Assembly: GCA_045538335.1 (NCBI GenBank)
Contig: JAZSRF010000082.1
Coordinates: 1 to 57,525 of the forward strand
Source: Clostridia bacterium
GTDB lineage: Bacteria > Bacillota > Clostridia > TANB77 > CAG-465
Direction: 5' to 3'
Length of the DNA stretch: 57,525 nucleotides
In this document: positions 42,820 to 51,648 of the stretch, in pieces
How positions within the stretch are numbered: position 1 is the stretch's first letter
Layout of the letters: every line of letters starts with the position of its first letter
Translations under genes and position numbers: made by a program
The notes under the pieces: generated by a model
The model's database searches: none
Told to the model about the DNA's origin: nothing
What the model saw: only the letters and a program-made list of their open reading frames with translations

Positions 42820-43773
42820 TTATATAAAATATGCAATTACAGATAAAACTGCTGTAACTATCCAAAACATTAATACTACGTGTGTTTCCTTCATACCACA
42901 AAGTTCAAAGTGGTGATGAAGTGGTGCCATTTTAAATAACCTCTTACCTTTAGTTAGTTTAAAGTATACAACTTGTAACATAACAGATAAAGCTTCTGCC
43001 ACAGGTATAAATGCAACTATTAAAAGGTATATTGGCATTTTCATTATTATTGCAGCTGATGCAATAGCTGCACCAAGTGCTAACGACCCTGTATCTCCCA
43101 TAAATACTTTCGCAGGTTTTACATTAAATATTAAAAATCCAAGTGTTGCACCTACTGTTGTAGCTCCTAATATAATCATTGGTGTATCACCATTTTTTAC
43201 AGCTACTACCGTAAAGAATGTCATAATTATTGCTACAACACCTGATGCTAATCCATCTAGCCCATCTGTTAAATTTACTGCGTTACTTGTACCAAGCAAT
43301 ACTATTATAGTAAATAGTACAAATATTCCTACACCCAAATTAAATGGTACATTCATAAATGGTATTATTAGTTCTGTTCCCAAATCAAAAACAGTTAGAT
43401 ATAACAAAATGAATACTGCAGAAAATACAAAAAGTAATATCATTTTCATTTTAGCACTTATTCCATCACTACTTTTTTCTACTAATTTTTTTCTATCATC
43501 TATAAATCCTACTATACCAAATCCTGCTATTAAAATAATTGGTAGTATCAATATATGATGTTCAATAGCAAATATTGCAAGTATTACAATTATTGCTATT
43601 AACATCATTATTCCACCCATAGTTGGTGTTCCTTGTTTTTTCAAGTGTGTTTCAGGTCCATCTGTTCTTACCATTTGACCTACTTTAAGTTTTCTTAAAT
43701 ATGGTATAATACATAAACTTAAAATAACTGTAAGAGCAAAAGATATTCCACCTATAACCATTTGTATATTCAT
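42820..43773 (-). CDS. mraY: Phospho-N-acetylmuramoyl-pentapeptide transferase
   Basis: KQGTPTMGG, NAVNLTDGLDGLA, MGDTGSLALG, PLHHHFE. Confidence 0.95.
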   Translation of the reverse strand: MNIQMVIGGISFALTVILSLCIIPYLRKLKVGQMVRTDGPETHLKKQGTPTMGGIMMLIAIIVILAIFAIEHHILILPIILIAGFGIVGFIDDRKKLVEKSSDGISAKMKMILLFVFSAVFILLYLTVFDLGTELIIPFMNVPFNLGVGIFVLFTIIVLLGTSNAVNLTDGLDGLASGVVAIIMTFFTVVAVKNGDTPMIILGATTVGATLGFLIFNVKPAKVFMGDTGSLALGAAIASAAIIMKMPIYLLIVAFIPVAEALSVMLQVVYFKLTKGKRLFKMAPLHHHFELCGMKETHVVLMFWIVTAVLSVIAYFI

Positions 43774-43786
43774 AATTTTCCTCTTT

Positions 43787-45265
43787 CTAATACTTTATTT
43801 CGTCTTTACCAGGCATTTTTTCTGCCGCTTTCTTTACTATTTGTCTTTCGTCAAAAGGTATCTTTTTACCATCTGCAAGTTCCATATAAGTTTCGTGTCC
43901 CTTACCTGCAAGTATTACTGTATCATTCTTCCAAGCAATACGCATTGCAAATTCAATGGCATCTTTTCTTTTTTCTATAACTTTATATAATCCACGAGTT
44001 AATTTTATTCCCTCTTCTATGTCACGTGCAATTTTAGCAGGTTTCTCATCTCTTGGATTATCTGTTGTAATTATTGTAAAGTCTGCATATTTTCCTGCTA
44101 TCTCTCCCATTTTTGCTCTTTTTTCATTGTCTCTATTTCCGCCGCAACCAAATACTAATATAACTCTACCTTTTACGTATTTTTTAGTATTCATAAGTAT
44201 TGCTTCTAAGCTTGATGGGTTGTGTGCATAGTCTATTAAAACTGCAAAGCTCTTTCCTATTTCTACAATTTCACTTCTACCAGGCACTTTTACTGTAGCA
44301 AGACCTTTTAACACATCTTCCATTTGAGCTCCTAACATACTAGTTACAGCAACAGCCGCAATAGCGTTATATACTGTATATTTTCCTGGTATTGGTACTG
44401 TTATTGTTTGAAGCTGTTTGTTTATATACATTTTAAAATCTACGTAGTTATTATTTATACGTATGTCTGTAGCAGATATGTTTGCTTCATTATCTAAACC
44501 ATATTTTACATACTTGCATTTTACTTTCTTTAAAAGTTTAGGTGTATATATGTCATCCGCATTTATAACACCAAAAACAGACTGGTCAAATATTTTAGCT
44601 TTTGCTGCTAGATAATTTTCCATATCTTTGTGAAAATCCAAATGCTCACGTGCAAGATTTGTAAATACTCCTATTTCGAACTTTATTCCATATACTCTAT
44701 AAAGTTCTAATGCGTGCGAAGATACTTCCATAACAACATATTCTATACCCACATTCACCATATCTCTTAGCAACTTATGAAGTTCTAAAGATTCTGGTGA
44801 TGTTCTATATGCTTCTATTTTCTTATCTGCATACGTGTTATATATGGTACCTATCATACCAATTTTTTTACCTGCAGCTAGCATAATATCTCTTATCATA
44901 TAGGCTGTTGTTGTTTTACCTTTAGTTCCAGTTACACCAATTATTCTTAGTTTTGACGCCGGATAATCATAATATTTTGCTGAAAGCTCAGCTAAAGTTA
45001 TTCTTGTGTTTTCAGTTATAACTACTGCTACTTCTTCAGGTATAACTAGACTACTACTTTTATCTTTGCTTATAACCACGGCTGTTGCACCGTTTTCAAT
45101 TGCTTCATTTATATAATCGTGACCATCTTGTTTAAAACCCTCAATTGCCACAAACAAGTCACCTTTCTCTATTTTCTTAGAATCATATTCTATTTTATTT
45201 ATTTCTATATTAAGATTTCCTTTTGTTTCTTTTTCTATTTCCTCTACTAGATATTGTAATAACAT
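43787..45265 (-). CDS. murE: UDP-N-acetylmuramoyl-L-alanyl-D-glutamate--2,6-diaminopimelate ligase
   Basis: GVTGTKGKTTT, DNPR motif (TTDNPRDE) typical of meso-DAP-adding MurE. Start at ATG 45265 behind a GGAGGG SD. Confidence 0.88.
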   Translation of the reverse strand: MLLQYLVEEIEKETKGNLNIEINKIEYDSKKIEKGDLFVAIEGFKQDGHDYINEAIENGATAVVISKDKSSSLVIPEEVAVVITENTRITLAELSAKYYDYPASKLRIIGVTGTKGKTTTAYMIRDIMLAAGKKIGMIGTIYNTYADKKIEAYRTSPESLELHKLLRDMVNVGIEYVVMEVSSHALELYRVYGIKFEIGVFTNLAREHLDFHKDMENYLAAKAKIFDQSVFGVINADDIYTPKLLKKVKCKYVKYGLDNEANISATDIRINNNYVDFKMYINKQLQTITVPIPGKYTVYNAIAAVAVTSMLGAQMEDVLKGLATVKVPGRSEIVEIGKSFAVLIDYAHNPSSLEAILMNTKKYVKGRVILVFGCGGNRDNEKRAKMGEIAGKYADFTIITTDNPRDEKPAKIARDIEEGIKLTRGLYKVIEKRKDAIEFAMRIAWKNDTVILAGKGHETYMELADGKKIPFDERQIVKKAAEKMPGKDEIKY

Positions 45266-45324
45266 ATTATATCCCTCCAATATGCATGATAATTATATCA
45301 CATTTTAAATCAAATTTATATAGT

Positions 45325-47511
45325 TTAGTGAATATCTGTTGTATCCACAAATTTTACTGTTATAATTGAGCCTTTCGTTACTACTTCACCCGGACTAGGG
45401 TCTTGTATTATAGCATTTCCTTTTCCTATAATACGTATATTTAGTCCTGCAGTTTTAAGTTTAGATATTGCTTTTTTCTCACTATATGACCTAACATCAG
45501 GTATAGTTGTTGTTTGTTTCTTAGCTGATGCATCAGTATACACTCTAACCGTTGCACCATCTATTAAACTTGCTCCTGCTTTTGGTATTTGTTCTTTTAT
45601 AATTTCATCATCTTTTATAGTAACGTCAGATGCAATTTTAAATCCTGCATTAGTTATTATCTTTTTAGCTTCTGCATAAGTTTTTCCTGTTACATCAGAA
45701 ACTATAGTTTCTGTAGTCGTTGTTTCTTCTACTGTATAACTTGGATTTACATCCATATATCTTAATGTTTCATCAATTATATTACCAACAACCGGCGCAC
45801 AAACTGTTCCACCTTGGTGTCCTTGTGGTCCTCTTGGATTATATAAATTAAATATAACAACAACTTCCGGGTCATTCACTGGAGCAATTCCTGCAAAAGA
45901 TGCCATATACCAAAGATTCTTTCCTCTACCTTCTTCAGCCGTACCAGTTTTACCAGCAACTGTATAGCCACTAACCTTTGCTGCTTTACCAGTTCCTTTA
46001 TCTACTGTATCGTAAAGCGCAGATAATATTTTAGAAGCTGTGTCTTCAGAGATTACTTGTTTTTTTACCGTAGGCGTTGTTTCAGAAATTAAACTTCCAC
46101 TTTCAGACCTTATTTCTTTTACAACATATGGCTGCATTATTTTTCCACCATTAGCTATAGCAGAATACATTACAGCCGACTGAAGTGCCGTAATAGAAAC
46201 TGTTTGCCCAAACGATGTTGTTGCAAGGTCAAGTTCAGTCATAGTTTTTGGATCATGTATAATACCTGTTGTCTCACCAGGTAAATCTATTCCTGTTTTA
46301 TCATAAAGATTGTATGCTTTTAGATATTCTGTATATGTTTTAATTCCCAGTTTAAGTCCTGCTTGCATAAATGATGGGTTACAAGAATTCATTATGGCTT
46401 GGCGAAGACTTTGGGAACCGTGAACTCTTGGATATCTCCAACATCTAATCTTCCATCCCGCAATACTTACATATCCCTTACAATTAAACGTTCCTGCTGT
46501 GTCTATGTCTGTTATATTTTCCTCAAGAGCCGCCGATGCTGTTAAAACTTTAAATGTTGAGCCTGGTTCAAACGCATCAGATATTGCTGTATTTCTCCAC
46601 ATATCTAATAGTGCATTATTTTTTTCTTTAGAAGATAACGTATCCCATTTTTCTTTAAGTTCTGCATCGTTTATTTCAAACGGTGAGTTTAAATCAAAAT
46701 CCGGATATACTGCCATCGCTAAAACTTCACCAGTAGATGGTCTCATTACCACACAAGCACCTTTATTTGCAATATTTTCTTTCACTGCTTTTTCTAGGTT
46801 CTTTTCTACTATAGACTGTACTGTTGCATCAACTGTAAGAACTAAGCTGTTACCATTTTGTGGTGCAACATATTCTTCATCTTCATATGGTGTTTCATTT
46901 CCACCACCATCAATGCTTCCAACTATTCTGCCATCTGTTCCTGCTAGTTCTTCTTCATAATACGCTTCAAGTCCATATAATCCTTGGTCGTCTGTTCCTG
47001 TAAATCCTAAAACATGAGATAGTAATGCATTATATGGATATATTCTATTAGTAGATTCATCCACATATATTCCCTTTAATTCGTTTTCTAATATATAGTT
47101 AGTAAGCTTAGTTGCCATCTCTTCGCCTATATTTGTTTTTATTGTAACAAGCGACACTGTTTTATTTAATTTTGTTAAGACTTTATCGTAGTCTTCTCCA
47201 ATTATTTCACTTAAATCCTTAGCAACTTTTTCTTTATCTTCTTTTTTAATATTAGTAGGTGCAACTGTTAATGTATTTGTAGATACACTAAGAGCTAATT
47301 TGTTCTCATTACAGTCATATATCGTTCCCCTGCTTGCTGCAACAGTTCTATCTTTTGTTTGTTGTGTATATGCTTTTTCTTTATAATAGCTTCCCCTTAT
47401 TATTTGAACGTAAAAAAGTCTTGCTATTAACGCAAAAAAGCCCACGAGTGCTATTATTAGCATCCATGTAACTCTCTTTTTATTTTTTACTGTAGCAAAA
47501 GCCACGGGCAT
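45325..47511 (-). CDS. Class B penicillin-binding protein (FtsI/SpoVD type) with C-terminal PASTA domains
   Basis: Dimerisation and transpeptidase domains (SxxK: GSTFK; SxN: SCN; KTG: GKTGTA), two PASTA repeats. Start at MPVAF with GAGGAGGG SD. Confidence 0.9.
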   Translation of the reverse strand: MPVAFATVKNKKRVTWMLIIALVGFFALIARLFYVQIIRGSYYKEKAYTQQTKDRTVAASRGTIYDCNENKLALSVSTNTLTVAPTNIKKEDKEKVAKDLSEIIGEDYDKVLTKLNKTVSLVTIKTNIGEEMATKLTNYILENELKGIYVDESTNRIYPYNALLSHVLGFTGTDDQGLYGLEAYYEEELAGTDGRIVGSIDGGGNETPYEDEEYVAPQNGNSLVLTVDATVQSIVEKNLEKAVKENIANKGACVVMRPSTGEVLAMAVYPDFDLNSPFEINDAELKEKWDTLSSKEKNNALLDMWRNTAISDAFEPGSTFKVLTASAALEENITDIDTAGTFNCKGYVSIAGWKIRCWRYPRVHGSQSLRQAIMNSCNPSFMQAGLKLGIKTYTEYLKAYNLYDKTGIDLPGETTGIIHDPKTMTELDLATTSFGQTVSITALQSAVMYSAIANGGKIMQPYVVKEIRSESGSLISETTPTVKKQVISEDTASKILSALYDTVDKGTGKAAKVSGYTVAGKTGTAEEGRGKNLWYMASFAGIAPVNDPEVVVIFNLYNPRGPQGHQGGTVCAPVVGNIIDETLRYMDVNPSYTVEETTTTETIVSDVTGKTYAEAKKIITNAGFKIASDVTIKDDEIIKEQIPKAGASLIDGATVRVYTDASAKKQTTTIPDVRSYSEKKAISKLKTAGLNIRIIGKGNAIIQDPSPGEVVTKGSIITVKFVDTTDIH

Positions 47512-47580
47512 TCCCTCCTCTAAAAAAATAATCACAAATAAGCTATCCATTTTAACAACATTAGCTATCTTTATGATTAT

Positions 47581-48090
47581 TTACATACCTATTAAGTTTT
47601 TTAGCTTTTCTATTCCAATTTCAAATATATTTTTTGTATCAACTTTTTCTACTTTAGTTCCGTAATTTGAATTTATATACACTATTTGACTCTTTTCAGG
47701 TTTTTGCATACCTAGTTGTTGTTTTGCATAAGACTCTACAGTATCTTTATCTATTATTCTATCTGCCCAAACCTCTGTAGTTGCAAGTTCAGAATTTGCT
47801 GTTATCTGTTCTATTTTTAGTCTTTGTAGTTCTAAATTCTTCTCACTAATTAAGTTATATCTATAACTTATCATAAGCGCCATAGCAAACAATGCCACAA
47901 CAGATAAAACTAGCGATAACTTAGACTGAGGTTTAGCCTTTGCCTTTGGGGCGTTATTAACATTTGTTTTTATAACTTTTTTAGGAGTTTTAACTATTTT
48001 AAAATCCTTTTTGTTTGGCATATGTTCCGGTACAATTTCTGGTACACTTAAATCATATGCATATGCTTTGTCTACTATCACTAATTTCAC
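47581..48090 (-). CDS. ftsL: FtsL-like division protein (single TM plus coiled coil)
   Basis: Position between rsmH and pbp. TM LSLVLSVVALFAMALMI followed by a coiled coil. The start may instead be GTG 48081 (GAGGTG SD). Confidence 0.55.
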   Translation of the reverse strand: MKLVIVDKAYAYDLSVPEIVPEHMPNKKDFKIVKTPKKVIKTNVNNAPKAKAKPQSKLSLVLSVVALFAMALMISYRYNLISEKNLELQRLKIEQITANSELATTEVWADRIIDKDTVESYAKQQLGMQKPEKSQIVYINSNYGTKVEKVDTKNIFEIGIEKLKNLIGM

Positions 48091-48133
48091 CTCATTTCTT
48101 TTGTAAATCTTAATTTATTAATTAGTTTATATA

Positions 48134-49066
48134 CTAAGCTCTTTCAAAAACTCTAAGTTTTGCACTTCTTGATCTTGGATTTTGTTCTAATTCATCATCT
48201 GTAGCTATTATTGGTTTTTTAGTAATTACTTTTCCGTAAGACTTAAATCCACAAACACACTTTGGAAAATCTGGTGGACAAGTACACTTACCTTGAAGAT
48301 TTTCAAATGTCTTCTTTACTATTCTATCTTCTAATGAATGGAATGTTATTATTAGTAATCTTCCACCTGTTTTTAAGCTCATTACTGCATCACAAATCGC
48401 ATTTTCTAAATCTACAAGTTCTCCATTTACTTCAATACGTATAGCCTGGAAAACTCTTTTTGCTGGATGCTGTTTTTCGTTTCTTGCCTTAGCAGGTATT
48501 GCAGATTTAATAACATCTACTAATTCATAAGTTGTTTCTATTGCTCTTGTTTTTCTTACGTCCACTATTTTTCTTGCAATAGATTTAGAATATTTTTCCT
48601 CACCATAGTTAAAGAAAATATCCGCTAAACGTTCTTCAGAATATTTATTAACTACATCATATGCCGTAAATTCTTGGTCTTTATTCATTCTCATATCTAG
48701 AGGCGCATCATACATATAACTAAAGCCTCTTGATGGTTCATCCAACTGATATGAAGATACTCCTAAATCTAAAAGTATTCCATCAACCTCTTCTATTCCC
48801 AAATCTATTAATATATTTTTAATATTCTCGTGGTTATCTTTTACATAGACAACATTTGAATATTCTTTTAATCTTTCACTTGTATAAGCTAGTGCCTCAC
48901 TATCTCTATCTATCCCTATAAGTTTACCTGTGTTATTTAACCTTTTTAAAACGCACGAAGAATGCCCGCCACCGCCAAGGGTACCATCCACATAGATTCC
49001 ACCCTCTTTTATGTTCAGACATTCAATACATTCATTTAATAATACTGGTACATGATTAAACTCCAC
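48134..49066 (-). CDS. rsmH: 16S rRNA (cytosine1402-N4)-methyltransferase
   Basis: [37 protein letters not shown] start with AGGAGA SD. Confidence 0.95.
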   Translation of the reverse strand: MEFNHVPVLLNECIECLNIKEGGIYVDGTLGGGGHSSCVLKRLNNTGKLIGIDRDSEALAYTSERLKEYSNVVYVKDNHENIKNILIDLGIEEVDGILLDLGVSSYQLDEPSRGFSYMYDAPLDMRMNKDQEFTAYDVVNKYSEERLADIFFNYGEEKYSKSIARKIVDVRKTRAIETTYELVDVIKSAIPAKARNEKQHPAKRVFQAIRIEVNGELVDLENAICDAVMSLKTGGRLLIITFHSLEDRIVKKTFENLQGKCTCPPDFPKCVCGFKSYGKVITKKPIIATDDELEQNPRSRSAKLRVFERA

Positions 49067-49098
49067 AATTATCTTTCTCCTGTAATATAAATATAGCT

Positions 49099-49276
49099 AT
49101 CTTTTGTTTATTAAAATTTTTATCCTTTGTTTATTAATCTTTTATCCTTTGTAAATGATGTAAATCTTATCTTAAGTATGAGTAAGTAGTTTTTAATTTT
49201 TAAATCTTTTGTTTTTTATTATTTTATCTTTTGTATTTTTATTTTTCCTTTGTATATTTTTAATTTTATCTTTAGT
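49099..49276. repeat. Array of at least 6 degenerate direct repeats, ATCYTTTGT core in a ~22-bp unit, in the mraZ-rsmH spacer
   Basis: Core starts at 49099, 49122, 49144, 49204, 49226, 49245 (TTCCTTTGT) and 49268 (ATCTTTAGT). Spacings are 23, 22, 60, 22, 19 and 23 nt. Confidence 0.6.
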
Positions 49277-49286
49277 TTAATCTATA

Positions 49287-49718
49287 TCATATGCCAAACT
49301 CTGACATGTGACTAGCAATTTCATCAAGGTCAATGTTGTCTGAATTTGTATATGCGTTCCAAATATCTTTATCCCAAATTTCTGCTCTAGTTGATACACC
49401 TGTTATAACAACATCTTTTTTAAGACCTGCGTGTTCTTTTAAGTTTGATGGTATTAATACTCTACCTTGTTTGTCTACTTGGCATTCAGTAGCTCCAGCC
49501 ATAAAGTATCTTACATATTTCCTTGCATTTTCATTTGAAAGTGGTAATGCTTTAAGTTGAGATTCAAAATTTTGCCATTCCGAAATTGAGAAAGCGAATA
49601 AGCATTTATCAAAACCTTTAGTTACAACGAAAGTACTACCAAGGTCATCTCTAAATTTACTTGGTACTATAACTCTAGACTTTTCATCAATTGTGTGGTT
49701 GTACTCTCCTAATAACAA
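49287..49718 (-). CDS. mraZ: Transcriptional regulator MraZ
   Basis: Two SpoVT/AbrB-like halves (DEKSRVIVPSKFR / DKQGRVLIPSNLK). TTG start. Confidence 0.93.
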   Translation of the reverse strand: MLLGEYNHTIDEKSRVIVPSKFRDDLGSTFVVTKGFDKCLFAFSISEWQNFESQLKALPLSNENARKYVRYFMAGATECQVDKQGRVLIPSNLKEHAGLKKDVVITGVSTRAEIWDKDIWNAYTNSDNIDLDEIASHMSEFGI

Positions 49719-49731
49719 GTTTCAACACCCC

Positions 49732-49757
49732 CTCCACTTTACTCCACTTTCTACCAC
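49732..49757 (-). promoter_or_regulatory. Three MraZ-type operator boxes
   Basis: Minus strand GTGGTA(49757..49752), GTGGAG(49747..49742) and GTGGAG(49737..49732) at exact 10-nt phasing. Two are preceded by AAA (AAAGTGG). They lie between the -10 and the mraZ start. Confidence 0.6.
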
Positions 49758-49767
49758 CTGCACCCAT

Positions 49768-49796
49768 ATTATATACAAAGCTATATATAATTGCAA
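49768..49796 (-). promoter_or_regulatory. Pmra promoter of the dcw cluster
   Basis: Minus strand TTGCAA(49796..49791)-17 nt-TATAAT(49773..49768). Confidence 0.6.
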
Positions 49797-49877
49797 TAGT
49801 TTTTTATAAAAAATTTAAAAATATTCATAGGATTTTAAAGCACTATATATAACATTTCTTGTGGCGTTCGCTCACGC

Positions 49878-49906
49878 TTTACTTTTTATGTAAAGTGTGA
49901 TATAAT
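49878..49906 (+). promoter_or_regulatory. Promoter for the 49968 orphan
   Basis: TTTACT-17 nt-TATAAT with TGa extended -10. Confidence 0.45.
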
Positions 49907-49967
49907 ATACACGTTCAAAACATTATAATAAATTAAATTTAATTTTATTAATAAAGGGGCTTTAATT

Positions 49968-50333
49968 ATGCAGATTTATTCATTGATTATAACAAATAGT
50001 GTTTTCTCTAAATCTGATGACGACTTAGTACAAATTATATCGCCTAGTCTTGCAAAAGCCGGTGACTGGGAATGTAATATAGATGGCCATTCTCTTACTT
50101 GCATTTGCACTGCAACGTATGGACTTAATTCCAAATCACATCTTAAATACATCATCAGAAGCAACGGATTTAGTAGGTTAGTATTAAAAATACCCGGTAG
50201 TAATCCTATAGTCCGTAAAAAGAAATGGCTTGCAAAGCCCGGAAAATTTAACCTTGATGGAGTACTTACATTATCTAGTGGAGAGATATCCCATAGATTT
50301 GCTAACTTTAAAACAAATACTGACCCAAAATAA
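49968..50333 (+). CDS. Hypothetical protein, 121 aa
   Basis: AAAGGGG SD. Followed by two convergent hairpins. No motif recognised. Confidence 0.45.
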   Translation: MQIYSLIITNSVFSKSDDDLVQIISPSLAKAGDWECNIDGHSLTCICTATYGLNSKSHLKYIIRSNGFSRLVLKIPGSNPIVRKKKWLAKPGKFNLDGVLTLSSGEISHRFANFKTNTDPK

Positions 50334-50357
50334 ATAAAGCAGCGTTTAAAAACGCTG

Positions 50358-50394
50358 CTTTAAAAAACTCATAAGGAACATTCCTTATGAGTTT
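50358..50394 (-). terminator. Terminator after the M23 peptidase gene
   Basis: AAACTCATAAGGA/TCCTTATGAGTTT 13-bp stem. A U6 run follows on the minus strand. Confidence 0.65.
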
Positions 50395-50400
50395 AATTTA

Positions 50401-51450
50401 TTAAATATAATATGCTGGGTTATATCTTGTCATAGTCTTACCATTTAACACTCTTATTTCAAAGTGTAGGTGGACACCTGTAGATAAACCTGTAGTTCCC
50501 ATTCTACCTAAAACCGTAGACTGAGTTACTTGTTGGCCAACACTAACATTTATATTATTTAAGTGAGCATATAATGTTTGTAGCTCATTACCATTTTCAT
50601 CTTTACCATGGCTTACCACTACGTAATAACCATAACCAGTTCTACCATAAACAACTTTAACTACAGTACCAGATTTATATGGATATATGTTTGGTTTAGA
50701 ATTGTCTGCTATGTCTATACCCGTATGCATCGAATTACCATATAAAGCATAGTTATATACACCATATCCTTGAGTTACTATACCAATTGTAGGTCTTCTA
50801 CCACCAGATATGAACGTGTGTAAAGAGCCCGATGCTTTACCCTTATTACTTGTAGTTCCAGACCAAGATGTTCCGGTTGCAGTATATGTTCTTACAACTG
50901 GTTTATATCTACTTACAAGGTCGTTATATATCTTTTTAGCCGATGCTTTTTCTGTTGTTTTAACTAGCTCTTCAGTTGTAGATTTTTTAACCTTAACCGT
51001 AGACTTAACAGTAGATTTAACTGCAGATTTTATTTTTTTAGCATAATCGTTTGCTTCTTTTTCAGTAGCAAAAGTCATATATGTTTTATCTTTAACTTCT
51101 ACGTTATATACTGTATATTCTGTTTTTACAAACGCCCTAACATTTGTATATAGATTTTGTTCTTCAGTAACAGAATCCCTAACATATTTTAATTCAAACT
51201 GTGGTTCAGAAGCTAAGTATACTTCAACTTCTAATCCATCTGCTTTTTTCTCTTCAACTAATTTTTCATAGATTTCATCAAATTCAGCAGGCGATTTAAA
51301 ATATCCTACTTCTTCTCCATCTATTTTTGCTAAATACTCTGGTACATATACATTAAGTACTGTTACAATAACCGCACTAAATGATAGTACAAATAACACA
51401 ACTGTTATAAATATGAATCTTAGTGTTCTGAGGGCACTCCCTTTTTTCAC
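50401..51450 (-). CDS. M23 (LytM-type) metallopeptidase, membrane anchored
   Basis: N-terminal TM. C-terminal HTGIDI...YAHL...GLSTGVHLHFEI motifs. Short KSTV repeat linker. Confidence 0.85.
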   Translation of the reverse strand: MKKGSALRTLRFIFITVVLFVLSFSAVIVTVLNVYVPEYLAKIDGEEVGYFKSPAEFDEIYEKLVEEKKADGLEVEVYLASEPQFELKYVRDSVTEEQNLYTNVRAFVKTEYTVYNVEVKDKTYMTFATEKEANDYAKKIKSAVKSTVKSTVKVKKSTTEELVKTTEKASAKKIYNDLVSRYKPVVRTYTATGTSWSGTTSNKGKASGSLHTFISGGRRPTIGIVTQGYGVYNYALYGNSMHTGIDIADNSKPNIYPYKSGTVVKVVYGRTGYGYYVVVSHGKDENGNELQTLYAHLNNINVSVGQQVTQSTVLGRMGTTGLSTGVHLHFEIRVLNGKTMTRYNPAYYI

Positions 51451-51648
51451 TTAAAATACACCTTTCCTTTCAGTCACAATTATAATTATACCACAAAAGT
51501 ATAAAAAATGCAACTTTTTAACCTCTTATGCTGTATAATATGCGTTTTTTCACCCTATTTGCACATTATATAACTGTTTACATTCTATCACATTACTATA
51601 TTATATGTCAAATTTTAATTATACTTACTCTTAAATTTATTAAACTTG

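Noticed and set aside
50960-51045. A short tandem repeat in the M23 peptidase gene (KSAVKSTVKSTVKVKKST) as a possible contingency repeat.
   Set aside because: The units are 12 nt, imperfect and in-frame, and lie in a Lys/Ser/Thr-rich linker. This is a typical low-complexity spacer, not a frameshifting SSR.
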